Translations under genes and position numbers: made by a program
Source: a bacterium
Lineage (GTDB): Bacteria; Patescibacteriota; Minisyncoccia; UBA6257; GWB1-50-10
Assembly (NCBI GenBank): GCA_021824045.1
Contig: JAKALR010000001.1
Location: 1-62,730 of the forward strand
Direction: 5' to 3'
Length of the DNA stretch: 62,730 bases
Shown here: positions 23,642 through 31,471 of the stretch, one piece after another
How positions within the stretch are numbered: position 1 is the first letter of the stretch
Layout: every line of letters starts with the position of its first letter
The notes under the pieces: model-generated
The model's database searches: none
Told to the model about the DNA's origin: nothing
The model's input: only the letters and a program-made list of their open reading frames with translations

Positions 23642-24112
23642 TCACTTAAGATTTTCAATTTCCGAAAGTTTATTCGCGAGAATCACGTCGTTCTCTCCGA
23701 AGAGAAATCTTCCTCTGAACTTCTTCCCTTCTAAAAAGAGCGGGAGCCAGAATTTGTCATCCGGCCACATTGTATCGTAGGGAATATCGGCTATGTCAAA
23801 CCATTGCGGTTTCATTTCCTCACTTTCTTTCGGTGTCCCGGTAAAACCTTTTATCTGAAAAACGTGTACCTCGAAGATCCCCCCATTTATTTGGAACTCG
23901 AATTCCAAAATGCCCTGCTTTTCCATTTCGGTTGCCGTAATACCGGCCTCTTCGTGGAGTTCGCGTTTTGCCCCCTCTTCCAAGCTTTCGTCCTTGTTCA
24001 ATTTTCCCCCGAAGCCGTTCCACCGTCCGGCGCCGAATCCCCGTTTCTTCATGCCGAGAAGGATTTTCGGATGCTCGTAGATTAAACAGAGCGTGAGCGG
24101 CGTCTTATTCAT
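23642..24112 (-). CDS. Nudix hydrolase (MutT-like)
   Basis: GGKLNKDESLEEGAKRELHEEAGI Nudix box. Start taken at MNKTPL. Confidence 0.8.
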   Translation of the reverse strand: MNKTPLTLCLIYEHPKILLGMKKRGFGAGRWNGFGGKLNKDESLEEGAKRELHEEAGITATEMEKQGILEFEFQINGGIFEVHVFQIKGFTGTPKESEEMKPQWFDIADIPYDTMWPDDKFWLPLFLEGKKFRGRFLFGENDVILANKLSEIENLK

Positions 24113-25130
24113 CGAGTATTTCCCCCTTCGCATAATTGGCCAGGACTTTTTTGCTCGGGAAGAAAATCGGCTGCGGCAGCTTGCTGAGAGAGAACCACCG
24201 CCACTCCGTTATTTCGTCCGGTTCTTTCGCCCGCACTCTTCCCTTGAAGTCGGTGGCGAGAAGTCCGACCGTGACGAAGTGCGAATCTTTCGTCATGTCG
24301 CTCGAAATGCTTATTAGTTTCAGCTTATTCTTGTCGATCTTGATCCCGGTTTCTTCAAGGGTTTCCCGGTATGCTCCATCCTTGAAACGTTCATGAAATT
24401 CCAGTTTCCCGCCCGGCATGGTCCACGTTCCCCCGCCGTGGAGTTCTGAGTCGGCTTTTCGGGGATCACCGTTTCTCTTGCCGAGAAGAATTTTCCCGTT
24501 TTTGAGGATCATGACGCCGACGCCGTCGCCGATCCTTTGTTTCATAACGCCTATGACGAAGCTGTTCAAGAGCCATGAGCTCGATTGGATTTTTCCGCCG
24601 CGGCCGATGTTAAAAATCATCTTCGTCCCCATTTTTTTGCAGAGTGCTACTTCGGGAATATTCTTTCTTGTCCGGTCTCCGCCATTCACGAAAATATCCG
24701 GTTTCAGTTCTTTCAGTTCGGCCGAGACGCTCATATCTTTCGGGTTTGGGGGGTGCGAGGTTAGAATCACCCGATCGACTTCTCCTAAGGCTTCAATGAT
24801 CTCCTTTCGCTCTTTTTGCGGCATGAAGGCAAATCCTTTTTTCTTTTTGAGCCAGTTGTCGTTGTTTAGAATGACGATGAGTTTGTCGCCCAGCCTTTTC
24901 GCTTCCCGGAACATCCGGATATGGCCGATATGTACGGGGTCGAATCCCCCGCTCACGGCGACGATGACGGGTTTCTTTTTACCATAGGCGTTTTCCGTCC
25001 CGCACCATGGACAGAACCACTTCTTTTTCGATCGCGGCGCGTCGCCGATTGTCCACCACTTCTTGCACCTGCTGCAGCTCATGTGGTGAAGTTTCTCAAC
25101 GCTCCGCTTGCTTTTGATTGTTTCTCTCAT
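24105..25130 (-). CDS. zinc-ribbon / cytidylyltransferase-like / Nudix fusion protein
   Basis: CSRCKKWW..CPWCG, then AVSGGFDPVHIGHIRMF (HxGH nucleotidyltransferase), then GGKLEFHERFKDGAYRETLEETGI. Confidence 0.75.
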   Translation of the reverse strand: MRETIKSKRSVEKLHHMSCSRCKKWWTIGDAPRSKKKWFCPWCGTENAYGKKKPVIVAVSGGFDPVHIGHIRMFREAKRLGDKLIVILNNDNWLKKKKGFAFMPQKERKEIIEALGEVDRVILTSHPPNPKDMSVSAELKELKPDIFVNGGDRTRKNIPEVALCKKMGTKMIFNIGRGGKIQSSSWLLNSFVIGVMKQRIGDGVGVMILKNGKILLGKRNGDPRKADSELHGGGTWTMPGGKLEFHERFKDGAYRETLEETGIKIDKNKLKLISISSDMTKDSHFVTVGLLATDFKGRVRAKEPDEITEWRWFSLSKLPQPIFFPSKKVLANYAKGEILDE

Positions 25131-25341
25131 ACTCTTTCTTGACTTCTCTTATAAACATGTCTTTTAGAGTTTCGTTTTCGTTATTGTCAGCGGGATAATT
25201 TTTCGCGATTCTTTTGTATCTGCTTGTTCAACTGTTGCTGTTCGTAATTCATGTCATTTTCCATGACACTTCTTGTACTTCAAACCGCTGCCGTCCTCCG
25301 CCGCTAAAGCTTCGGCGGACTCCGCTTGCTCTGAAGTTGTC

Positions 25342-27876
25342 TTAAGCGTTTCGGCCATGACAATGCTTGTACTTGACGGGAGTGCCGTCAGGTTTTTTTG
25401 CTCCGCACCAGCAGGGATCATTCCTGCCGATGTCCTTGTATTCCGGCGGCGGAGCCACAGCCGGTTTCGCCGGAGCGGCGGTCGCTGCGGTATTCGCGAA
25501 GTCCATCGCAAGAATCTGAAAAATGACGCTGTAAACGAGCGATTCCACGGCGCCCGTCAGTTGCTGGTAGAGCAAGTGCGCTTCCCGCCGGTATTCGACG
25601 AGCGGATCATGCTGGCCGTATGCCCTGATGTTCACCGATTCGCGGAGGCTCTCGAGCTGTTCCAGGTGGTCGACCCAGAGCGTGTCCATGATGCGCACGA
25701 TTTGCTGGGCGATGACGGTCGATTTCATCTGGTCGATGGTTTCCGGCATCGTTGAGGGTTTTGATTCGATGCTTTCGATTTGTTTCTGAATCTCGTCCCG
25801 TTTTTCCGGAGTTTGGTCGATCTGGTTTTTCAGCGATTCGATGGTATTCGCCGTAAAGTTCTCCACCATCTCTTTCGCGATGGGCATGATTTCGTTTTTC
25901 TCGCCGGCCTCGAGGATTCTTGCTCTCCTCGTGTATACGGCGATTCGCTGTTTGTTCAAAACGTCGTCGAAATCCAGGAGGTGCTTTCGGATGTCGAAGT
26001 TCGCTCCCTCGACTTTGACTTGTGCCTGGTTAATCGCTTTCACGACGGTCTTCGATTGAATGGGCATATCCTCGGGGTAGTTCAGGGTTTCCATAAGCCG
26101 CTTGATCCGATCGCCGCCGAAGATGCGCATGAGATCGTCTTCGAGAGAAAGGAAAAACTCCGTCGAGCCGGGATCGCCTTGCCTGCCGGTGCGGCCGCGG
26201 AGCTGGTTATCCACCCGGCGCGCTTCGTGGCGTTCCGTGCCGATGACGAAAAGACCGCCGGCTGATTTTATTCTTTCCGATTCCTCTTTGTCCGGCGGAT
26301 TGCCGCCGAGGACGATATCGACGCCGCGGCCGGCCATGTTAGTCGCGACCGTCACGGTCCCCGCGCGTCCCGCCTGGGCGATGATTTCACCTTCGCGCTC
26401 GTGGTTTTTGGCGTTCAGGACTTCATGCGGGATTCCGGCTTTCGCGAGGTGTGATGAGATGATTTCGTTGTTCTCGATGGACGTGGTGCCGACGAGGACC
26501 GGCCTTCCTTTTTCCCGTTCCTCCTTGATGGCTTTGATCGCGGCGTCGTATTTTGCTTTCTTCGTTTTATAAATGGCGTCCGGAAAATCCTTGCGGATCA
26601 TCGGACGGTTGGTCGGGATGGTCACGACGTCGAGCTCGTATACCTTGTGGAACTCCTCGGCGCTCGTTTGGGCGGTGCCGGTCATGCCGCCGATCTTTTG
26701 GTAGAGACGGAAATAGTTTTGAATGGTGATTTGGGCGTACGTCCGGTCTTCCTGCCGCACGTTTACGCCTTCTTTCGCTTCGATTGCCTGATGGAGACCG
26801 CCGGAATACCGCCGTCCGAGGAGCATACGGCCGGTGAATTCATCGACGATGATAACTTCACCGTTCTTCACGATATAGTCCTTGTCGCGTTTGAAGAGCG
26901 CTTTCGCCTTGAGGCTTTCCTGGAGAAAATGAACCAGCCGGAGATTTTCTGGCGCGTAAATGTTCTCCACGTTCGCGAGTTTTTCCACCTTCCCGATCCC
27001 CGATTCGTTGATGGAGACGGTTCGAAGCTTTTCGTCGACGAGGTAGTCCTCTTCTTCGTTCAGGTTTTCGACGATGCGGGCGAACACCTTGTAGTATTCA
27101 CTCGACTCCTGGTCGGGACCGGCGATGATGAGGGGAGTTCGCGCTTCGTCGATCAGGATGCTGTCGATCTCGTCGATGATCGCGTACGGAAAGCCCCGCT
27201 GGACTTTGTCTTCCAGGCGGAGCGAGAGGTTGTCCCTGAGGTAATCGAATCCGAATTCGTGGTTTGTGCCGTAGGTGATGTCCGCCGCGTAGGCTTCTTT
27301 CCGGGAAATCGGTCGCAGAAATTTTTCGACGACGCGGAATCCGCCGACGACATCCCGTTCCTCGTCGAGTTTTTCTTCGCCGACGAATGACGGGTCGTAG
27401 CGGTACGCCGCATCATGGACGACGCAGGCGGTCGTGAGCCCCAGGGAATCGTAAATCTGTCCCATCCATACGGCATCCCGTTTCGCGAGGTAGTCGTTCA
27501 CGGTAATGACATGGACGCCGTTTCCCGTGAGGGCCCGGAGCGCCGTCGGGAGCGTCGCGGCGAGCGTTTTTCCCTCGCCGGTTCGCATTTCGGCGATTTT
27601 CCCCTCATAGAGGGCCGCGCCACCCATAAGTTGAACGTCGAAATGGCGCTGGTGGAGCGTCCGTTTTGCCGTTTCCCGCGTAAGGGCAAACGATCGCGGC
27701 AGCGCTTCGTCCAGGCTCTTGCCGTCTTTGATCTCGTCCTTCAGCTTCGCTATTTCCCCTTTGATTTCCTCGGAGTTCAGTTTTTCAATCTCCGATTCCA
27801 GGGCATTGACGTCTTTCGCAATTGATTCATAGCGCTTGAGGTTGTTGTCTTTGAATATTTTAGTTAAGAGTGACAT
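25342..27876 (-). CDS. secA: preprotein translocase ATPase SecA
   Basis: MRTGEGKT motor domain, full-length layout, C-terminal SEC-C motif CWCGAKK..KHCHG. Start trimmed to MSLLTKIF (ATG 27876). Confidence 0.95.
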   Translation of the reverse strand: MSLLTKIFKDNNLKRYESIAKDVNALESEIEKLNSEEIKGEIAKLKDEIKDGKSLDEALPRSFALTRETAKRTLHQRHFDVQLMGGAALYEGKIAEMRTGEGKTLAATLPTALRALTGNGVHVITVNDYLAKRDAVWMGQIYDSLGLTTACVVHDAAYRYDPSFVGEEKLDEERDVVGGFRVVEKFLRPISRKEAYAADITYGTNHEFGFDYLRDNLSLRLEDKVQRGFPYAIIDEIDSILIDEARTPLIIAGPDQESSEYYKVFARIVENLNEEEDYLVDEKLRTVSINESGIGKVEKLANVENIYAPENLRLVHFLQESLKAKALFKRDKDYIVKNGEVIIVDEFTGRMLLGRRYSGGLHQAIEAKEGVNVRQEDRTYAQITIQNYFRLYQKIGGMTGTAQTSAEEFHKVYELDVVTIPTNRPMIRKDFPDAIYKTKKAKYDAAIKAIKEEREKGRPVLVGTTSIENNEIISSHLAKAGIPHEVLNAKNHEREGEIIAQAGRAGTVTVATNMAGRGVDIVLGGNPPDKEESERIKSAGGLFVIGTERHEARRVDNQLRGRTGRQGDPGSTEFFLSLEDDLMRIFGGDRIKRLMETLNYPEDMPIQSKTVVKAINQAQVKVEGANFDIRKHLLDFDDVLNKQRIAVYTRRARILEAGEKNEIMPIAKEMVENFTANTIESLKNQIDQTPEKRDEIQKQIESIESKPSTMPETIDQMKSTVIAQQIVRIMDTLWVDHLEQLESLRESVNIRAYGQHDPLVEYRREAHLLYQQLTGAVESLVYSVIFQILAMDFANTAATAAPAKPAVAPPPEYKDIGRNDPCWCGAKKPDGTPVKYKHCHGRNA

Positions 27877-27949
27877 GGGGTGAAATACGTCGGGCCGCCG
27901 GTGCGGCCGTGGACAGTTGCGGGACAATATCAAGCGTATGAGCGGTCAT
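27860..27949 (-). other. candidate 29-codon leader ORF overlapping the secA start
   Basis: GGAGG-8 nt-ATG. Encodes MTAHTLDIVPQLSTAAPAARRISPHVTLN. Its first codons lie in a 20-bp stem, and its stop TAA is 12-14 nt inside secA. Confidence 0.3.
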
Positions 27950-28050
27950 GGTGGTGACCTCCAATATTTTTATTGTTGTGTGAGTGCGCATCCATGACCG
28001 CTCATACGCTTCAATTGTAAAGGTGAGTGCGCAACCGTGGCCGCACCGGC
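27897..28050. repeat. nested long inverted repeats in the secA upstream region
   Basis: Inner perfect 20-bp IR at 27932-27951 / 27992-28011. Outer 12-bp IR at 27897-27908 / 28039-28050. Direct repeat GTGAGTGCGCA x2. Confidence 0.85.
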
Positions 28051-28096
28051 AGTCCGAACCGTCTGATGCTTATCCTTAAGCATAAGGGCTATTCCA

Positions 28097-28198
28097 TAAA
28101 AAAACCAGAGCCCCTTGCGGGGCTCTGGAATTTTGAAGGTTTTTCCTTGAATTTTCTCGCGAGTTTCCTCTTGAGGACAAGGAAAACTTCACTCACAC
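28097..28198 (-). ncRNA. candidate ~100-nt small RNA (own promoter and intrinsic terminator)
   Basis: TTGCAT-16-TATAAT at 28205-28232 (minus). Terminator CCAGAGCCCC-GCAA-GGGGCTCTGG plus T8 at 28097-28128. Internal imperfect stem GAAGTTTTCCTTG/CAAGGAAAAACCTTC. Confidence 0.5.
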
Positions 28199-28341
28199 AA
28201 CGGTATTATACCACGCCTTGGAGAAAATGCAAGGGGCTCTCGCGGCTCCGTGCTCCTCATCGGCGAATTTCTCTTTTGAGTAAATCCTCCAACCGTCTCG
28301 TCGGAATCAAGCCGCACAAAATATATCGAACTCGATCTCGT

Positions 28342-28377
28342 GTCCTCACTTTTTCCCATATGGGAAAAAGTGAGGAC
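28342..28377. repeat. perfect 36-bp palindrome GTCCTCACTTTTTCCCATATGGGAAAAAGTGAGGAC
   Basis: Related palindrome TCACTTTTTCCCCTAGGGGAAAAAGTGA at 37056-37083. Confidence 0.85.
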
Positions 28378-28489
28378 AGCTCGGGATTCAGACAGCAATA
28401 TTGTGGTCATTCCCTCCTCGTCATTTGGGGATTTCTGCGTCTCAAAAAAGCCTTCTTCGGGGTACGGGGCTGTGCGGACCAGGTAAGTC

Positions 28490-28536
28490 AAAAAAGTGTG
28501 CGCTCCGGGCCGCTTGGCCAAGTCTTGCCCACTTTT
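28490..28536. terminator. repeated palindromic terminator-like element, copy 1
   Basis: AAAAAAGTGTGCGCTCCGGGCCGCTTGGCCAAGTCTTGCCCACTTTTTT, directly after the DedA stop. Inverted copy at 61659-61708, partial at 55828-55870. Confidence 0.6.
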
Positions 28537-29163
28537 TTATTTTTCCTGGTCCTTGTGCATGATTCGCTGTTTTTTCCGGCGGACGATGAGCCAGTACAGG
28601 AAAGCGGCGGCGATAACGATGGCGATTACGTAGTCCATCTGCTTGAAGTAATCCTGAATAATCGTCCAGTTATTTCCCAGGAAAAACCCTATGTAGGTCA
28701 GGAACGCTGCCCACAGAAACGATCCGAAGAAGGTGAGATAGGTGAATTTCGCGATGTTCATCTTCCCGATGCCGGCCGGGAGCGATATGAACGTGCGGAT
28801 CATCGGAACAATTCTTCCGAAGAATATGGAATAGGAACCGTATTTCCTGAACCACTCGTCGGTTTTTTGGAGATGCCGCTCGGAAAGGATGATGCGGAGG
28901 AACTTGTACTTTCCCCTGATTTCCAATATCCATTCGGCGAGGAAGTAGGAAAGGAACGCGCCAGCCATGTTCCCGAGGGTTCCCATCAAGGCGACAAGCC
29001 AGAAATTCAAATTGCCCTGGAGTGCCAGAAATCCGGAGAACGGCATGATGACTTCAGATGGAATCGGAATGTTCACGCTTTCCAAAGTCATCAAGATGAA
29101 AATCCCCGGATAGCCGAGGTATCTGATGGTTTCGATGACGAGATTGGAGAGCAGCGCGAACAT
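28537..29163 (-). CDS. DedA family membrane protein
   Basis: Multi-TM protein with IPIPSEVIMPFSGFLA, typical of DedA/SNARE-associated proteins. Confidence 0.85.
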   Translation of the reverse strand: MFALLSNLVIETIRYLGYPGIFILMTLESVNIPIPSEVIMPFSGFLALQGNLNFWLVALMGTLGNMAGAFLSYFLAEWILEIRGKYKFLRIILSERHLQKTDEWFRKYGSYSIFFGRIVPMIRTFISLPAGIGKMNIAKFTYLTFFGSFLWAAFLTYIGFFLGNNWTIIQDYFKQMDYVIAIVIAAAFLYWLIVRRKKQRIMHKDQEK

Positions 29164-29829
29164 TTATTTCGTTTGGAGTTTCGGGCTGGAGTGAAACTCG
29201 AGCTCCTGGTCGCTCAAGACGAATCGGCCGGTTCCCTGCTTCGCGGCAAGATATCTCCGGAGTCTCCGTTTCGCTATGGCGCCGGCGACGTTTTTTTCCA
29301 GAAAATCCCCCGCTGTGCCGCCGAGCATATTTTCCAACACCTTCGCTCCGGGACTTTTCTTTTTGCCGTTGAATCGCAGATCGGAAAGATGCATCGCCAT
29401 ATTCGGATCGTAATCGGAATTCAAGACGAAGAACTTTTCGATTTTCGCTTTGTCTCCCCAGAGTGGAACCCAATTCCGGTAGATGGTCGCGCTGTACGGG
29501 TTGATGGACGTTATCTTCCAGGTCGCTTCAGTCACGAAATGGTTGAGGCAGAGTTTATCCCTTTTCGTTTCTTCGAAGTCGTCCGGCCTCCTTTTTCCGA
29601 GGAGCGAGAAGATGACATTGACCGCGTATCGCGCGGTGAACATCCTCCCCTCCTGCACTGCAATGAGAAGGTCGAAATCGGAGCTTTCTTTGACGTTTCC
29701 CACGGCCATCGAGCCGGTCACGATGACGAAATCGACGAAGGGTGCGAATCGGAAAGAGCCGGCCAACTTGACGAGCTTTTTCCATTTTTGATCGAGGAGG
29801 AGTTTTTGGTCCATGGTCGTATTATTCAT
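29164..29829 (-). CDS. nucleotidyltransferase-domain protein (Pol-beta superfamily)
   Basis: VTGSMAVGNVKESSDFDLLI (GS..D.D motif). Confidence 0.6.
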   Translation of the reverse strand: MNNTTMDQKLLLDQKWKKLVKLAGSFRFAPFVDFVIVTGSMAVGNVKESSDFDLLIAVQEGRMFTARYAVNVIFSLLGKRRPDDFEETKRDKLCLNHFVTEATWKITSINPYSATIYRNWVPLWGDKAKIEKFFVLNSDYDPNMAMHLSDLRFNGKKKSPGAKVLENMLGGTAGDFLEKNVAGAIAKRRLRRYLAAKQGTGRFVLSDQELEFHSSPKLQTK

Positions 29830-30877
29830 CCTGATCCGGAGATTCTACCGCAAGCGGTTCTATGCCGGCGCCTTCGCCGGTGATGCGGAGCACGTCTTTG
29901 TCGATTTTCCCCAGTTCTTTGGAAGCGCTGTTATACATATTGACGGTGGTGCCGAGATGCACGCCGATTTTCTTGAAATACGCGTCGTAGCTTCCGAGGT
30001 GTTTTCCGAGCTCGTCCACCCGCTTCCGTATTTCTTTGGCCGATTCCTCGATCTTCATCGCCCGGAGTCCCTGGAGGACGGTCTGAAGATAGGCCAAGAA
30101 GGATGTCGGAGAAACGATGATGACTTTGTACTTTCCGGCCGCCCGCTGAATGAGGTTCTCCGTGTCCTCGGTTACGGCGCCGACTTTGTTGATGAGCAAA
30201 TCGTAGTAGATCGCTTCATGGGGAATGAACATGAACGCGAAGTCGGTCGTCCCCTCCTCCGGCCGTATGTATTTTGACGTTTCCACGATCCGCTGCTTCA
30301 AGTCGCCGACGAAAAGTTTTTCCAGGCGGTCTTTTTCGGTCGGATCCTTGGTTTCAATGAGGCGGTTGTAGTTCTCGAGCGAGAATTTGGAATCAATCGG
30401 GATGATCTTCTCATCCGGCTTTCTGCCGACGAAAACGACCGCGTCGACGATCTCGCCGTTCTTGAACGGGTATTGCATCTGATAGACCTCGGGCGGCAGG
30501 ACGTTTTTGAGGAGCGTCTCGAGGTAATATTCACCCAAGACTCCCCGCTGCTTCGGATTCTTCAGAATGTCCTGGAGCGACTGGAGCTGGTCGGCGAAGT
30601 TCACAACCTGCTTGTTGGTTTCATCGAGCTTCGTCAGACGTTCCGTTACGTCCCGGATGATTTTCGCGCTTTGGCCGAATTGGTTTTGCATCGCCCGCGT
30701 CGATTCGGCAAGCTTGCTGTCCAAGGTTCGCGTTACCTCATTCATTTGATTTTGGAGCAGGGTGAATCCTTCGCTGTTGTTCTCTTTCGGCTTCTTGAGA
30801 TTTCGCATCAAAGAGAACACTGCGACCAGAAGTCCAACTACGAGGACAATGAGGATAACTAACAATGTGATCGTCAT
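29822..30877 (-). CDS. rmuC: DNA recombination protein RmuC
   Basis: N-terminal TM, coiled coil, C-terminal RmuC core (FAFMFIPHEAIYYDL). Confidence 0.85.
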   Translation of the reverse strand: MTITLLVILIVLVVGLLVAVFSLMRNLKKPKENNSEGFTLLQNQMNEVTRTLDSKLAESTRAMQNQFGQSAKIIRDVTERLTKLDETNKQVVNFADQLQSLQDILKNPKQRGVLGEYYLETLLKNVLPPEVYQMQYPFKNGEIVDAVVFVGRKPDEKIIPIDSKFSLENYNRLIETKDPTEKDRLEKLFVGDLKQRIVETSKYIRPEEGTTDFAFMFIPHEAIYYDLLINKVGAVTEDTENLIQRAAGKYKVIIVSPTSFLAYLQTVLQGLRAMKIEESAKEIRKRVDELGKHLGSYDAYFKKIGVHLGTTVNMYNSASKELGKIDKDVLRITGEGAGIEPLAVESPDQDE

Positions 30878-30902
30878 GTTTTTGGTTACTAGTTATTTGT
30901 TA

Positions 30903-31232
30903 CTAATTATTCCCTATCACGGTTGCCGAGAATATCAAAAGGAGTATCGCAATCAGGATGTTCGCCGTCAGGAAGAAATATGCCGTGAAGCGCTCCTTCT
31001 CAAACAAGCGCCATGCCAAAATGACATTCATGACGATGAAGGCGAATCCGGCCAAAAGGACTCCCAGGAAATCCGCCCGGTTGCCCAAGAAATCTACGCC
31101 ATTCCATTTGTCGAAATGGATGATGGAGGGGTAAGTCAATCCTCCCAGTTTAGGAATGACGAGGCCGAGGGTGATCAACACGAACAGGGCGTTGAATCCG
31201 ACGAGCAAAAGGACTGGTTTCTTCCTGATCAT
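30903..31232 (-). CDS. hypothetical membrane protein
   Basis: Three to four predicted hydrophobic helices. No family recognised. Confidence 0.5.
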   Translation of the reverse strand: MIRKKPVLLLVGFNALFVLITLGLVIPKLGGLTYPSIIHFDKWNGVDFLGNRADFLGVLLAGFAFIVMNVILAWRLFEKERFTAYFFLTANILIAILLLIFSATVIGNN

Positions 31233-31271
31233 ACTGATATTATAAGCTTTTAAAAATTAAAAATTCTCATT

Positions 31272-31346
31272 TGGTAGCCCCAAGGGGAGTCGAACCCCTG
31301 TTTACGCCGTGAGAGGGCGCTGTCCTAGCCACTAGACGATAGGGCC
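31272..31346 (-). tRNA. tRNA-Glu(CUC), CCA encoded
   Basis: Anticodon arm GCGCC-CTCTCAC-GGCGT, T-arm AGGGG-TTCGACT-CCCCT. Promoter-like TTGCGA-18-TAGAAT at 31355-31384 ends 8 nt from the tRNA 5' end. Confidence 0.9.
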
Positions 31347-31471
31347 TTCATTAGATTCTAACCAATTCCCGAGCCTCATCGCAAGGACTTGAAGGAATCC
31401 TCCTATTCATGGGGTTTAAAAACCCCCCGAGCGGCCGGAGTTTATCCCCGGCATGGGGAGTGCTCGGGAAG

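Noticed and set aside
25254-25511. 85-aa ORF overlapping the 3' end of secA
   Set aside because: Most of it is an out-of-frame overlap with the conserved SecA C-terminus. Only the final ~30 codons, the SEC-C-like relic, are noteworthy, and these are reported as a finding rather than as a gene.
28189-28410. 73-codon ORF with a good GGAGG-ATG start inside the DedA-secA gap
   Set aside because: It spans a 36-bp perfect palindrome and a promoter-like element. Its sequence is not protein-like and no family was recognised. It is treated as non-coding, though translation of a micro-ORF cannot be excluded.
28027-29883. 618-aa plus-strand ORF, the longest unannotated ORF in the track
   Set aside because: It is antisense to two well-supported minus-strand genes (DedA family, nucleotidyltransferase). 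Its first part runs through the structured non-coding gap. Its composition is R/E/H/P-rich and protein-unlike. This is a typical shadow ORF of GC-richer coding DNA.
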